Shown piece by piece: positions 8,963 to 18,141 of a DNA stretch of 32,000 nucleotides. Position 1 is the stretch's first letter; every line of letters starts with the position of its first letter. The stretch is from positions 450,001 through 482,000 of the forward strand of contig JAUIFI010000001.1 in the NCBI GenBank assembly GCA_030429505.1, read 5' to 3'. The position numbers and the translations under genes were made by a program. The stretch is from Candidatus Saccharimonadota bacterium. Lineage in GTDB: Bacteria; Patescibacteriota; Gracilibacteria; UBA4473. The notes under the pieces were generated by a model, which searched no databases, was not told the DNA's origin, and saw only the letters and a program-made list of their open reading frames with translations.

Positions 8963-9862
8963 CTACCGCTTCTCTCCCCAACTCAATTTATTCCGCAATG
9001 TCTTAAAATAATGAGACTCTTTCAAACGAATAAAACGAGCTGTACAATCTAAAGATTGTATATTCACCTCATCAGAAGAATGCAAGGAAGTATGAACTTG
9101 TCCATCAATCGTCATAGAGATAGTCCCCCCTCGTTCCTCAAAACGCACATGAATCACTTTGTCATGAGGCAATACAATAGGGCGATGACTAAGTGTGTGT
9201 GGAGCAATAGGTGTAACTAATATACTAGAAATCTCGGGAGAGATAATAGGTCCTCCTACTGACAAAGAATACGCTGTAGAGCCAGTCGGAGTAGCAAAAA
9301 TCAAACCATCTGAACGATACATAGATAAAACTCTCCGAGCAACCTTCACATAAAAATGAGTTAGACGAGCCATTCCACCACTCCCAAAAGCTACTTCATT
9401 GAGAGCTTGTCCCTGAAATATTTTTTCTTTTTTCCCAGATTGATTTGTTCTCCAAGCCACAACCTTAAGCAACCTTCGCTCATCTACATGAAATTCTCCA
9501 CGAAAAATACGATCAAAATCCTTCAAAGCATTTCCAGGAGATAATTCAGACAAAAAACCCAATGTTCCAAAATTAACTCCAACAAAAAAACCATCATCTT
9601 TATGTAAAGTCCGCGCCATCTTGAGAAGCATCCCATCACCACCAATGCCAATCTTCAAGTCATAAGGTTTCTGGTCATCTATCAGAGAAATAGATTGACC
9701 TAAAAGCGATACCGTCCTCACATCACCAGAAACAACCTTAACTCCATGCTTCTTAAAAAACTTCAAAAGTTCATTTAAAAATACTACCTCATCCTTTGCT
9801 TTTTCAGGCTTATGATGCGTATAAATTGCGATAGATTGAAATTTTTGTGAAAGTGAATCCAT
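8963..9862 (-). CDS. nadK: NAD+ kinase
   Basis: The 299-aa protein carries a GGDG motif (IGIGGDGMLL) and the NFGTLGFL motif. Confidence 0.88.
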   Translation of the reverse strand: MDSLSQKFQSIAIYTHHKPEKAKDEVVFLNELLKFFKKHGVKVVSGDVRTVSLLGQSISLIDDQKPYDLKIGIGGDGMLLKMARTLHKDDGFFVGVNFGTLGFLSELSPGNALKDFDRIFRGEFHVDERRLLKVVAWRTNQSGKKEKIFQGQALNEVAFGSGGMARLTHFYVKVARRVLSMYRSDGLIFATPTGSTAYSLSVGGPIISPEISSILVTPIAPHTLSHRPIVLPHDKVIHVRFEERGGTISMTIDGQVHTSLHSSDEVNIQSLDCTARFIRLKESHYFKTLRNKLSWGEKR

Positions 9863-9905
9863 AATCCCACCCAGTATAGCAAATAAACACCAAAAAAAAG
9901 AAAGC

Positions 9906-9934
9906 TTATAAAAAAGCCATATTCAATCTATAAT
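9906..9934 (+). promoter_or_regulatory. putative fmt promoter (TTATAA-N17-TATAAT), -10 ends 7 nt before the ATG
   Basis: The sequence is ttataa(9906-9911)-17 nt-tataat(9929-9934), with ATG at 9942. No SD is present. Confidence 0.4.
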
Positions 9935-9941
9935 AAAGACA

Positions 9942-10841
9942 ATGCAACCTAAAAAAATATTTTTCTTTGGTACTCCAGATATTGCTGTACCAACCTTACA
10001 GACACTCGCTAGCTTGGAAAATATTGAAGTGGTAGGAGTAGGAGTATTTCCTGACAAAAAGGTCGGACGTCACCACACTCTAACCCCATGTCCAGTAAAA
10101 AAAACCGCTCAAACACTCAACCTTCCTATCTTTGAAATCCAAGAAAAAAAAGATCTCATCCATATATTCAAAAATCAGACCTTTGATCTCGCCATTGTCA
10201 TCGCCTTTGGAATGATCTTTCCCGAAAGTATACTCACAATTCCTCCATTTGGAGTCATTAACATTCACTTTTCGCTTCTCCCCAAACTGCGTGGAGCATC
10301 GCCCATCCAAAGTGCTATTTTAGAAGGAAAAAAAAAGTCTGGCATTACACTTCAACGCATGGTCAAAGCCCTCGATGCCGGAGATATTTTGTATCAACAA
10401 CCATACAATATCCAACACCAAAAAACTTCCGAAATCTTTGCAAACTTTGCACAAATCACAGCAGAAATAATGCCTAAATTTTTAGAATCATATTTTTCAG
10501 GGAAAATAAAACCAATTCCCCAGAACGAATCCCATGCCACTTTTTGTAGCAAATTTGAAAAAAAAGATGGAGAAGTATTTCCAGAAAAAGAAACCGCTGA
10601 AGAAATCTATCGAAAATACTTAGCCTTTGACGTATTCCCGAAGATTTTTCTCAAAACAAAAGCCGGTAATACCAAGCTTACACAAATATCTCTTACAAAA
10701 CATCCCGATAGTCTTGAACTTCAATGCAATCAAAATACAAAACTCTTCATTCTCGCAGCTCAACTTCCTAGTAAAAAGGCAATGCCAATTTCTGAAATTC
10801 TAAAAGGCCATCCAAACCTCTTCATCACAACAAAAAAATGA
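9942..10841 (+). CDS. fmt: methionyl-tRNA formyltransferase
   Basis: The 299-aa protein has the motifs FFGTPDIAVPTL and HFSLLPKLRGASPIQSAILEG. Its TGA overlaps the next ATG (ATGA at 10838..10841). Confidence 0.9.
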   Translation: MQPKKIFFFGTPDIAVPTLQTLASLENIEVVGVGVFPDKKVGRHHTLTPCPVKKTAQTLNLPIFEIQEKKDLIHIFKNQTFDLAIVIAFGMIFPESILTIPPFGVINIHFSLLPKLRGASPIQSAILEGKKKSGITLQRMVKALDAGDILYQQPYNIQHQKTSEIFANFAQITAEIMPKFLESYFSGKIKPIPQNESHATFCSKFEKKDGEVFPEKETAEEIYRKYLAFDVFPKIFLKTKAGNTKLTQISLTKHPDSLELQCNQNTKLFILAAQLPSKKAMPISEILKGHPNLFITTKK

Positions 10842-11830
10842 AGATATACAAATGTTTTCTGAAAACAATAGTAGTAGTTATACTAACGAATTTTGCTTCA
10901 ACACAAGCTCAAAATTTTAATTTCACCATTGAAACCGATCCGAGTGTAATCACTCAAACTGACACCATCATCGTGAGCGATCCTATCACACCAGTTCGAG
11001 TCTATCTCAATAGCTCAAATCTCACCACCACAGATCAAACTGTCTGGGGAAATTTCTGGCTCAATGATCAACTTATTCAAGAAAATATAAAGATCTTTCT
11101 AGCAAAAGATACCAACGACAAAGTGTGGATTGATTCAGAACTAACAAATACTGGGCTTTATACCTACCGCATCCTAATCACCGCCGCACCATTACCTTCA
11201 GAACAAATTATTGCCGAACAAACCTTAACAGTCCACATTGAAAGAGATAGTGATAAAGATGGCATAATCGACCAAAATGACTCTGACCAAGACAATGATG
11301 GTATTTCAAATACAATAGAACGAAGTCAAGGGACTAATCCACTCAAATTTGATACCGATGAAGATGGCTATTCCGATCGTTGGGATGCTTTTCCCACAAA
11401 TGAAAATGAATGGTTAGATATAAATAAAAACAATATTGGTGACAACAATGATCCCGATTTGCAACAAAACAATTCCCACCCCAAGACAAAAAGTCAACTC
11501 AGTCAACAATCCTCCCCTCCCCAAGCACCATTAAAACAAAACCCCCAAACTCCAGATATACTCATTGAACATTCACAAGAACAAAAAAGTCCAAAGGAAA
11601 ATATTCATCCCCCCGCGCCTATTCCTTCAAAAGAAAAAATCCCCTCCTTCCCTTCCAAATCTATCTCAGAAAAATCACTATCAACAGAAAACCCTCTCAG
11701 CTCTTCTATTAAAAAAACCACTCAAACACTTTGGAGCTACATAATCCTTATATTATTAATAGTCATTATCCTATTAGGAATAAATCTCAAAGAACCCAAC
11801 AAAGAACAAAAAAAGAAAAACAGACAATGA
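10838..11830 (+). CDS. secreted, C-terminally membrane-anchored protein with thrombospondin type-3-like Ca-binding repeats and Pro/Ser/Gln-rich stalk
   Basis: A signal peptide is present (KTIVVVILTNFASTQAQ). The repeat region reads DSDKDGIIDQNDSDQDNDGISN...DTDEDGYSD. The stalk is proline-rich and is followed by the TM helix LWSYIILILLIVIILLGI and a Lys-rich tail. Confidence 0.7.
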   Translation: MKIYKCFLKTIVVVILTNFASTQAQNFNFTIETDPSVITQTDTIIVSDPITPVRVYLNSSNLTTTDQTVWGNFWLNDQLIQENIKIFLAKDTNDKVWIDSELTNTGLYTYRILITAAPLPSEQIIAEQTLTVHIERDSDKDGIIDQNDSDQDNDGISNTIERSQGTNPLKFDTDEDGYSDRWDAFPTNENEWLDINKNNIGDNNDPDLQQNNSHPKTKSQLSQQSSPPQAPLKQNPQTPDILIEHSQEQKSPKENIHPPAPIPSKEKIPSFPSKSISEKSLSTENPLSSSIKKTTQTLWSYIILILLIVIILLGINLKEPNKEQKKKNRQ

Positions 11831-11836
11831 ACCCTC

Positions 11837-11865
11837 TTGCTTAGCATATAAAAAAATGATACAAT
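11837..11865 (+). promoter_or_regulatory. sigma70-like promoter (TTGCTT-N17-TACAAT, TGA extended -10)
   Basis: The sequence is ttgctt-17 nt-tacaat, 23 nt upstream of ATG 11889. Confidence 0.45.
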
Positions 11866-11888
11866 GAGAAGATGAAGTATAAAAAATA

Positions 11889-12329
11889 ATGAAAAATCTA
11901 ATACATTCTTACCATCCTACCCAAAAACAGTTCTATTTTCAGAACAATCTCCAAAACAACCTCGAAGCAACGAATGAAGAAGCACCTGAAGAGCTTTCTC
12001 CTATAGAAAAAGAAGGACAAGCAATTATCAACAAACTCAACCAAAAATACGGAGACATCATGATTACCCAAGACGAAGAAGGCGGAGAAAATTTATTATC
12101 TCACCAATTCATTATAAACGAAAAACAAGGTCCTCAGGTGTACGAATACTGGATTCCATCAGGAACAAATACAAAAGGATTCGTAACACTCACAGGACAA
12201 CCTGATTCTGAATCAGTAAAAAAAGGACGATATGTACTCGTTATGGGAATGAAACTCAGGCACAAACATAAAACTATGGAAGAAATAGAAGCGTATCTCG
12301 AAAAAGAACAAAGAGAAAAAAAAGCATAG
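11889..12329 (+). CDS. hypothetical protein (146 aa), no recognisable family
   Basis: The intact ORF has its own promoter-like element and shares a bidirectional terminator. It has no signal peptide. Confidence 0.55.
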   Translation: MKNLIHSYHPTQKQFYFQNNLQNNLEATNEEAPEELSPIEKEGQAIINKLNQKYGDIMITQDEEGGENLLSHQFIINEKQGPQVYEYWIPSGTNTKGFVTLTGQPDSESVKKGRYVLVMGMKLRHKHKTMEEIEAYLEKEQREKKA

Positions 12330-12358
12330 TAATCATACTCAAATTCATCCATAACTAC

Positions 12359-12390
12359 AAAAAAAGCCATCACAAGGCAATGGCTTTTCT
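12359..12390. terminator. bidirectional rho-independent terminator between convergent genes
   Basis: The stem is agccat(12365-70)/atggct(12380-85). It is flanked by an A-run upstream and a T-run downstream. Confidence 0.6.
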
Positions 12391-12394
12391 GAAT

Positions 12395-12805
12395 TTATTT
12401 TAGAACAAATTCAATAATAGAAGGGCATATGGACAACATTCGTTGTTCATAAAAAGGAATCTTATAGTAAAGAGTCTGTGGTGTTCCTTGGGTTTTAAGA
12501 AATTCGATAGTCACCCTCAAGATACAATCATCACCAAGAACTCCATGCTCTACATACACATCTTCTACCGAAACATTACTTACCCCCTCAAATATTTTCA
12601 CATCGCATGGATCAGAAAAACTCCACGACAATATATCAAACCTCGGAAAAAACAATCGAACTATAAAACCATGGGTAGAATGATGTAACCCCAAAGTACC
12701 TGGTTGATCTGATCCCGAGAAAGTAAGCTTAATTCCAAAATGATCAAGTTCTTTTTTCAACTTTTTAACGTTTTTCTCAAAAATTCTGACATCATCATCA
12801 CACAT
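12395..12805 (-). CDS. hypothetical cytoplasmic protein (136 aa), no recognisable family
   Basis: The intact ORF is preceded by a strong SD (gaggagg, 4 nt upstream of ATG 12805). This is atypical for the window. Confidence 0.55.
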   Translation of the reverse strand: MCDDDVRIFEKNVKKLKKELDHFGIKLTFSGSDQPGTLGLHHSTHGFIVRLFFPRFDILSWSFSDPCDVKIFEGVSNVSVEDVYVEHGVLGDDCILRVTIEFLKTQGTPQTLYYKIPFYEQRMLSICPSIIEFVLK

Positions 12806-12928
12806 AAAACCTCCTCATTTAAAATAAATACAAACGTCATTTAAAGAGCTGTAGCACATGTAAAGTACATGGATCAAGCCACAAATAATAAAATAAAAAA
12901 TAAAAAGAAAATGTCAACAAAAACTTCA

Positions 12929-12958
12929 TTGACACTCATGATATGAGAGTGCTAATAT
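12929..12958 (+). promoter_or_regulatory. groESL promoter with embedded CIRCE (HrcA operator): TTGACACTC-N9-GAGTGCTAA (12929..12955); -35 TTGACA, -10 TAATAT
   Basis: The inverted repeat matches the CIRCE consensus TTAGCACTC-N9-GAGTGCTAA, except that positions 3-4 of the left arm are swapped, which creates a perfect -35 hexamer. The spacer to taatat (12953-58) is 18 nt. Confidence 0.8.
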
Positions 12959-12988
12959 TCGCCGTGACACTTCTTAACCAAAGAAATC

Positions 12989-13285
12989 ATGGCAAAAAAT
13001 CTAAACCCTTTACACGATAACGTGATCATTAAACCGATCCAAGAAGAACAAACAACAGCCTCCGGAATCGTTATTCCCGATACTGCCTCCAAAGAAAAAC
13101 CAATGCGTGGAAAAGTCCTCGCCGTAGGACCAGGAAAGTTAGATGAAAACGGAAAGAGACACCCCATCGATGTCAAAGTCGGAGATGTTGTAGTCTTTAC
13201 CAAATACGCTCCCACTGAAATAAAAGTGAACAATGAAGAACTCTATATCATGGGATCCGACAGCCTACTCGCTATCGAAAAATAA
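12989..13285 (+). CDS. groES: co-chaperonin GroES
   Basis: The 98-aa protein contains LNPLHDNVIIKPIQEEQTTASGIVIPDTA (the mobile loop) and lies directly upstream of groEL. Confidence 0.95.
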   Translation: MAKNLNPLHDNVIIKPIQEEQTTASGIVIPDTASKEKPMRGKVLAVGPGKLDENGKRHPIDVKVGDVVVFTKYAPTEIKVNNEELYIMGSDSLLAIEK

Positions 13286-13323
13286 AGTTTCCTTTCTATT
13301 TTAAATTATTTATTACTCATTAA

Positions 13324-14979
<1,656 letters not shown>

Positions 14980-15007
14980 AAAATAATAACACAACTACAC
15001 TAAAAAA

Positions 15008-15037
15008 AGATTGGTCTAAATAACCGGTCTTTTTTTT
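15008..15037. terminator. rho-independent terminator after groEL (also usable by the convergent minus-strand gene)
   Basis: The stem is agattggt/accggtct (two G-U pairs) with loop ctaaata. A T7 run follows it and an A-run precedes it. Confidence 0.6.
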
Positions 15038-15045
15038 AACCCTAC

Positions 15046-15345
15046 TTATCGCAACATCTGCAATACCTGATCAATCGAATCTAAAGAAACATCACTTCCT
15101 CCCACACCACCAAGAAGACCGGAAGACAACCCTTCTATAAAACTACCAATAATCATCGGCAAAAAAAGAAGTGGAAAAATAACAATCAAAATCCACAGAA
15201 CCGTACGAATAATACCCCACAATCGTTTACTTTTCTCGATCTCCAAATGCTCTTGCTGTATTTCTACCAAAGTCCTAAGTAATTCATTATTCTCACGGAC
15301 TAACGCAAAACACTCGTCCGTTAAAACGTTTCGTTGATCCTTCAT
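15046..15345 (-). CDS. small membrane protein (99 aa), coiled-coil N-terminus plus one TM helix
   Basis: The ORF is intact. The hydrophobic segment is LWGIIRTVLWILIVIFPLLFLPMIIGSFI. No family was recognised. Confidence 0.5.
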   Translation of the reverse strand: MKDQRNVLTDECFALVRENNELLRTLVEIQQEHLEIEKSKRLWGIIRTVLWILIVIFPLLFLPMIIGSFIEGLSSGLLGGVGGSDVSLDSIDQVLQMLR

Positions 15346-15375
15346 GCTTCAATAATAAAAGAAAATAAGCTTTTT

Positions 15376-16602
15376 TTACAACTGTTCTGAAATTCGTAAC
15401 AACTGGTTATACTTTCCTACCCGCTCAGAACGAGACAAAGATCCAGTCTTCATCTGACCGGCACCCGTCCCCACTGCTAAGTCCGCAATAAAAGTATCCT
15501 CTGTCTCTCCTGAACGATGAGAAATGACTGTCGAAAAATTATGCTCATTTGCTAATTTCATCGTATCCAAAGTTTCCATCAAAGTCCCTATCTGATTCAC
15601 CTTAATCAAAATCGAATTACATAAATGATTATTGATCGCCATCTGCAAACGACTCTTATTCGTTACCAAAAGATCATCTCCCACTAATTGCAACTTATCA
15701 CCAAAACGCCTCTGCATCGAAGCAAAACCCTCAAAGTCATCCTCACTATGTGAGTCTTCAATCGAAGTAATAGAATAAGCTTCAAGTAACTCACCATAAA
15801 AATCAGTCAATTCTGAAGACGTCAATTTCCTATCATCAATCTCATATTTCCCATCTCGATAAAATTCGGACGCCGCCGCATCTATCGCCAGCTCTACCTG
15901 ATTAGTCGTATATCCAGACTGCTCCACAGCCTCTAAAATAACATCAAAAGCCTCCTTTACACTCCCAAGTTTTGGAGCAAACCCTCCTTCATCCCCAACT
16001 CCTACGGACAAATGACGACCAACCAGAATTTTTTTCAACATATGAAATATTTCAGCCCCTGCCTGAAGATTACGAGAAAAATCATCAAACTTCGGCCACA
16101 CCATAAATTCCTGAACAGCCAATCCCGAATCAGCATGCTTTCCACCATTAAGAATATTCATCATCGGACGAGGGAGACTTAGGTCTCCTCCAAAAATACT
16201 TTGAATATATTCAAACAAAGGCTGATCTTTCTGAACCGCTGCCAACCTAGCCGCAGCTAAAGAAATTCCCAAAATTGCATTCGCCCCAAACCGAGACTTA
16301 TTTTCCGTTCCATCAAAGTCCAACATCGTCCGATCAATCGCCGCCTGCTCCTCTGGCAACATTCCCACAATCACCGGCGCTAAATCATCATTCACATGAC
16401 CAACAGCCTTTCGTACACCTTTTCCTCCATAACGATTTTTATCACCATCACGCAATTCCAAAGCCTCATGCTTCCCCGTTGAAGCTCCCGAAGGCACTGC
16501 TGCACGAACTGTGTGAATACCATCAGACATCTCAACTTCTACCGTCGGATTACCACGAGAATCCAGTATCTCACGAGCAAAAATAGATTGTATAGGTTCC
16601 AT
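15376..16602 (-). CDS. eno: enolase (phosphopyruvate hydratase)
   Basis: The N-terminus reads MEPIQSIFAREILDSRGNPTVEVE. Further motifs are SGASTG.HEA and SHRSGETEDTFIADLAV. The start was set at ATG 16602; the track start at 16701 adds 33 hydrophobic residues and overlaps the divergent gene. Confidence 0.93.
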   Translation of the reverse strand: MEPIQSIFAREILDSRGNPTVEVEMSDGIHTVRAAVPSGASTGKHEALELRDGDKNRYGGKGVRKAVGHVNDDLAPVIVGMLPEEQAAIDRTMLDFDGTENKSRFGANAILGISLAAARLAAVQKDQPLFEYIQSIFGGDLSLPRPMMNILNGGKHADSGLAVQEFMVWPKFDDFSRNLQAGAEIFHMLKKILVGRHLSVGVGDEGGFAPKLGSVKEAFDVILEAVEQSGYTTNQVELAIDAAASEFYRDGKYEIDDRKLTSSELTDFYGELLEAYSITSIEDSHSEDDFEGFASMQRRFGDKLQLVGDDLLVTNKSRLQMAINNHLCNSILIKVNQIGTLMETLDTMKLANEHNFSTVISHRSGETEDTFIADLAVGTGAGQMKTGSLSRSERVGKYNQLLRISEQL

Positions 16603-16651
16603 AAAAAAAAGAGAATTTGAAATCAAAACCATTTTAACCGAAAATACAAAT

Positions 16652-17761
16652 GTGAAAAAGATTTTAGCCACTTTCGTAATAATCATCTGTAGCTGGCACA
16701 CACATCAAGCTTCAGCAAACCTTACCACAGCAGATGCAGTACAGGTCAAAGATGGTATCGTCACAAACACTACTGTTATTAGCGACTTTAGCGGACAAGT
16801 ATTCTTGGAATTTACTGCTAACACACGCATTCTCAACGAAGAAGAAAAAAGTCTTTTTACTGGATCCATCCTACCTCCTGACACCATAGAAGCTCCTGAT
16901 AGACCTCCAAGAGGACGAATGAGGACTTTACTCAGTTTTCAGCTTCTCGGAAGTAGCAATCAACCTTTACTTTTCTCCGACAAACTCGAAGTGACCAATT
17001 TCAAAAATATACTTAGACTCGAAGCGACAAATCCCGAAGAACTAGAAAGAACTCCTCTCGTCAAAGTATTCGCCCCTCTAAACGCTGATATCAAAAAAGC
17101 TTCTTTATGGGAATATATGGAAGACAAAAAAAGTTGGATCCCACTAGGAGGAACCATTGAAGAAAGTAGTGATCCTGAAGTAAATATATTTAAAGGATTC
17201 ATAAAAAAAACCGGCACCTTTGCTATTTTCGATAACGATCCCGCTCCTGAAGCTATTGAGCCATTTCCATTAGACCAAATTCAACCCGCCGAACCAGATC
17301 CATTTGCCGATGCTTTCACCAACCCTGACAACATCATCAATGAAGCCGTACTCTTTGACGAAGAAGATTTTCTCAGCGCAGCCCAAACTGAAAGTTTTGA
17401 ACCAACAGGCGCTGAACAAGAAATCATCATTGAACCATCAGAAAATACTGATCAATCCAACCCACTTCTTCCTACAGAATCACAAACCATTACTTCCGCA
17501 GAACAAAACCAAGCACTCATTGGCACTGATTTATCAGAAGAAGAAATCATCCCCCTCGAAAACATCGGCGAAAACGAAGGGGTTATTACAGGAGCCTCTG
17601 TCCTCCAAGAAGCCACTATCCCTGATGGGAGCATCCTTCCACGCACTGGAATATCCGAAGAAGAAACCAATCGTTCCACTTTTCCAATCACAATCCTGGT
17701 AACCCTTCTACTCCTTATCGCCAGCGGAATTTTTGCCTTCCGAAAAGAAAAACACTACTAA
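16652..17761 (+). CDS. secreted acidic surface protein with LPRTG sorting-like signal
   Basis: The ORF has a GTG start. The signal peptide is MKKILATFVIIICSWHTHQASA. The C-terminal half is rich in Glu, Pro and Asp. LPRTG lies at nt 17636..17650, followed by a 12-aa spacer, the TM helix ITILVTLLLLIASGIFAF and RKEKHY. Confidence 0.7.
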   Translation: MKKILATFVIIICSWHTHQASANLTTADAVQVKDGIVTNTTVISDFSGQVFLEFTANTRILNEEEKSLFTGSILPPDTIEAPDRPPRGRMRTLLSFQLLGSSNQPLLFSDKLEVTNFKNILRLEATNPEELERTPLVKVFAPLNADIKKASLWEYMEDKKSWIPLGGTIEESSDPEVNIFKGFIKKTGTFAIFDNDPAPEAIEPFPLDQIQPAEPDPFADAFTNPDNIINEAVLFDEEDFLSAAQTESFEPTGAEQEIIIEPSENTDQSNPLLPTESQTITSAEQNQALIGTDLSEEEIIPLENIGENEGVITGASVLQEATIPDGSILPRTGISEEETNRSTFPITILVTLLLLIASGIFAFRKEKHY

Positions 17762-17850
17762 GGCAAAACACATTTTTCTTCACCAATTTTATTCACTTCA
17801 GAAAGAAGGAGGGCAATAAAGATACATAATAAAGACAAAAAACAATTCAT

Positions 17851-17879
17851 TTGATTTTTCCAAATTTTTTTGCTACAAT
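17851..17879 (+). promoter_or_regulatory. strong sigma70-like promoter (TTGATT-N17-TACAAT with TGC extended -10)
   Basis: The sequence is ttgatt(17851-56)-17 nt-tacaat(17874-79). The TTG that the ORF track used as a start is the -35 element. Confidence 0.55.
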
Positions 17880-17904
17880 ACCCCAATTCTTTTTTTACAA
17901 AAAA

Positions 17905-18057
17905 ATGAAAAACAAACTCTCTGCTTTCGTTCACAGTGAAATATTCATCGAGTTCAGCCTCGGTCTTGTTCTTATTTTAGCCTTCAGTATCCTCGGATAT
18001 TTCGCTCGAGAGTTTGCCATTGATCTCCAAACAAACTTTCTTTTCGGAATAAATTAA
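17905..18057 (+). CDS. small hydrophobic protein (50 aa)
   Basis: The sequence is MKNKLSAFVHSEIFIEFSLGLVLILAFSILGYFAREFAIDLQTNFLFGIN, with one predicted TM helix. It is bracketed by its own promoter and terminator. Confidence 0.45.
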   Translation: MKNKLSAFVHSEIFIEFSLGLVLILAFSILGYFAREFAIDLQTNFLFGIN

Positions 18058-18097
18058 GTCTTACAAAAAGACATCAATTCAAACCAAATAATAAAAG

Positions 18098-18124
18098 AAG
18101 AAGTCAGGAGAGACTTCTTTTTTA
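18098..18124. terminator. bidirectional rho-independent terminator (small ORF / tgt)
   Basis: The stem is aagaagtc/gacttctt with loop aggaga. A T-run lies downstream and an A-run upstream. Confidence 0.65.
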
Positions 18125-18141
18125 CTATTTCCATCTACAAC

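Noticed and set aside
17851-17904. The TTG start at 17851 proposed by the ORF track for the small membrane protein.
   Set aside because: That TTG is the -35 hexamer (TTGATT) of a near-consensus promoter whose -10 lies at 17874..17879. The ATG at 17905 is the plausible start.
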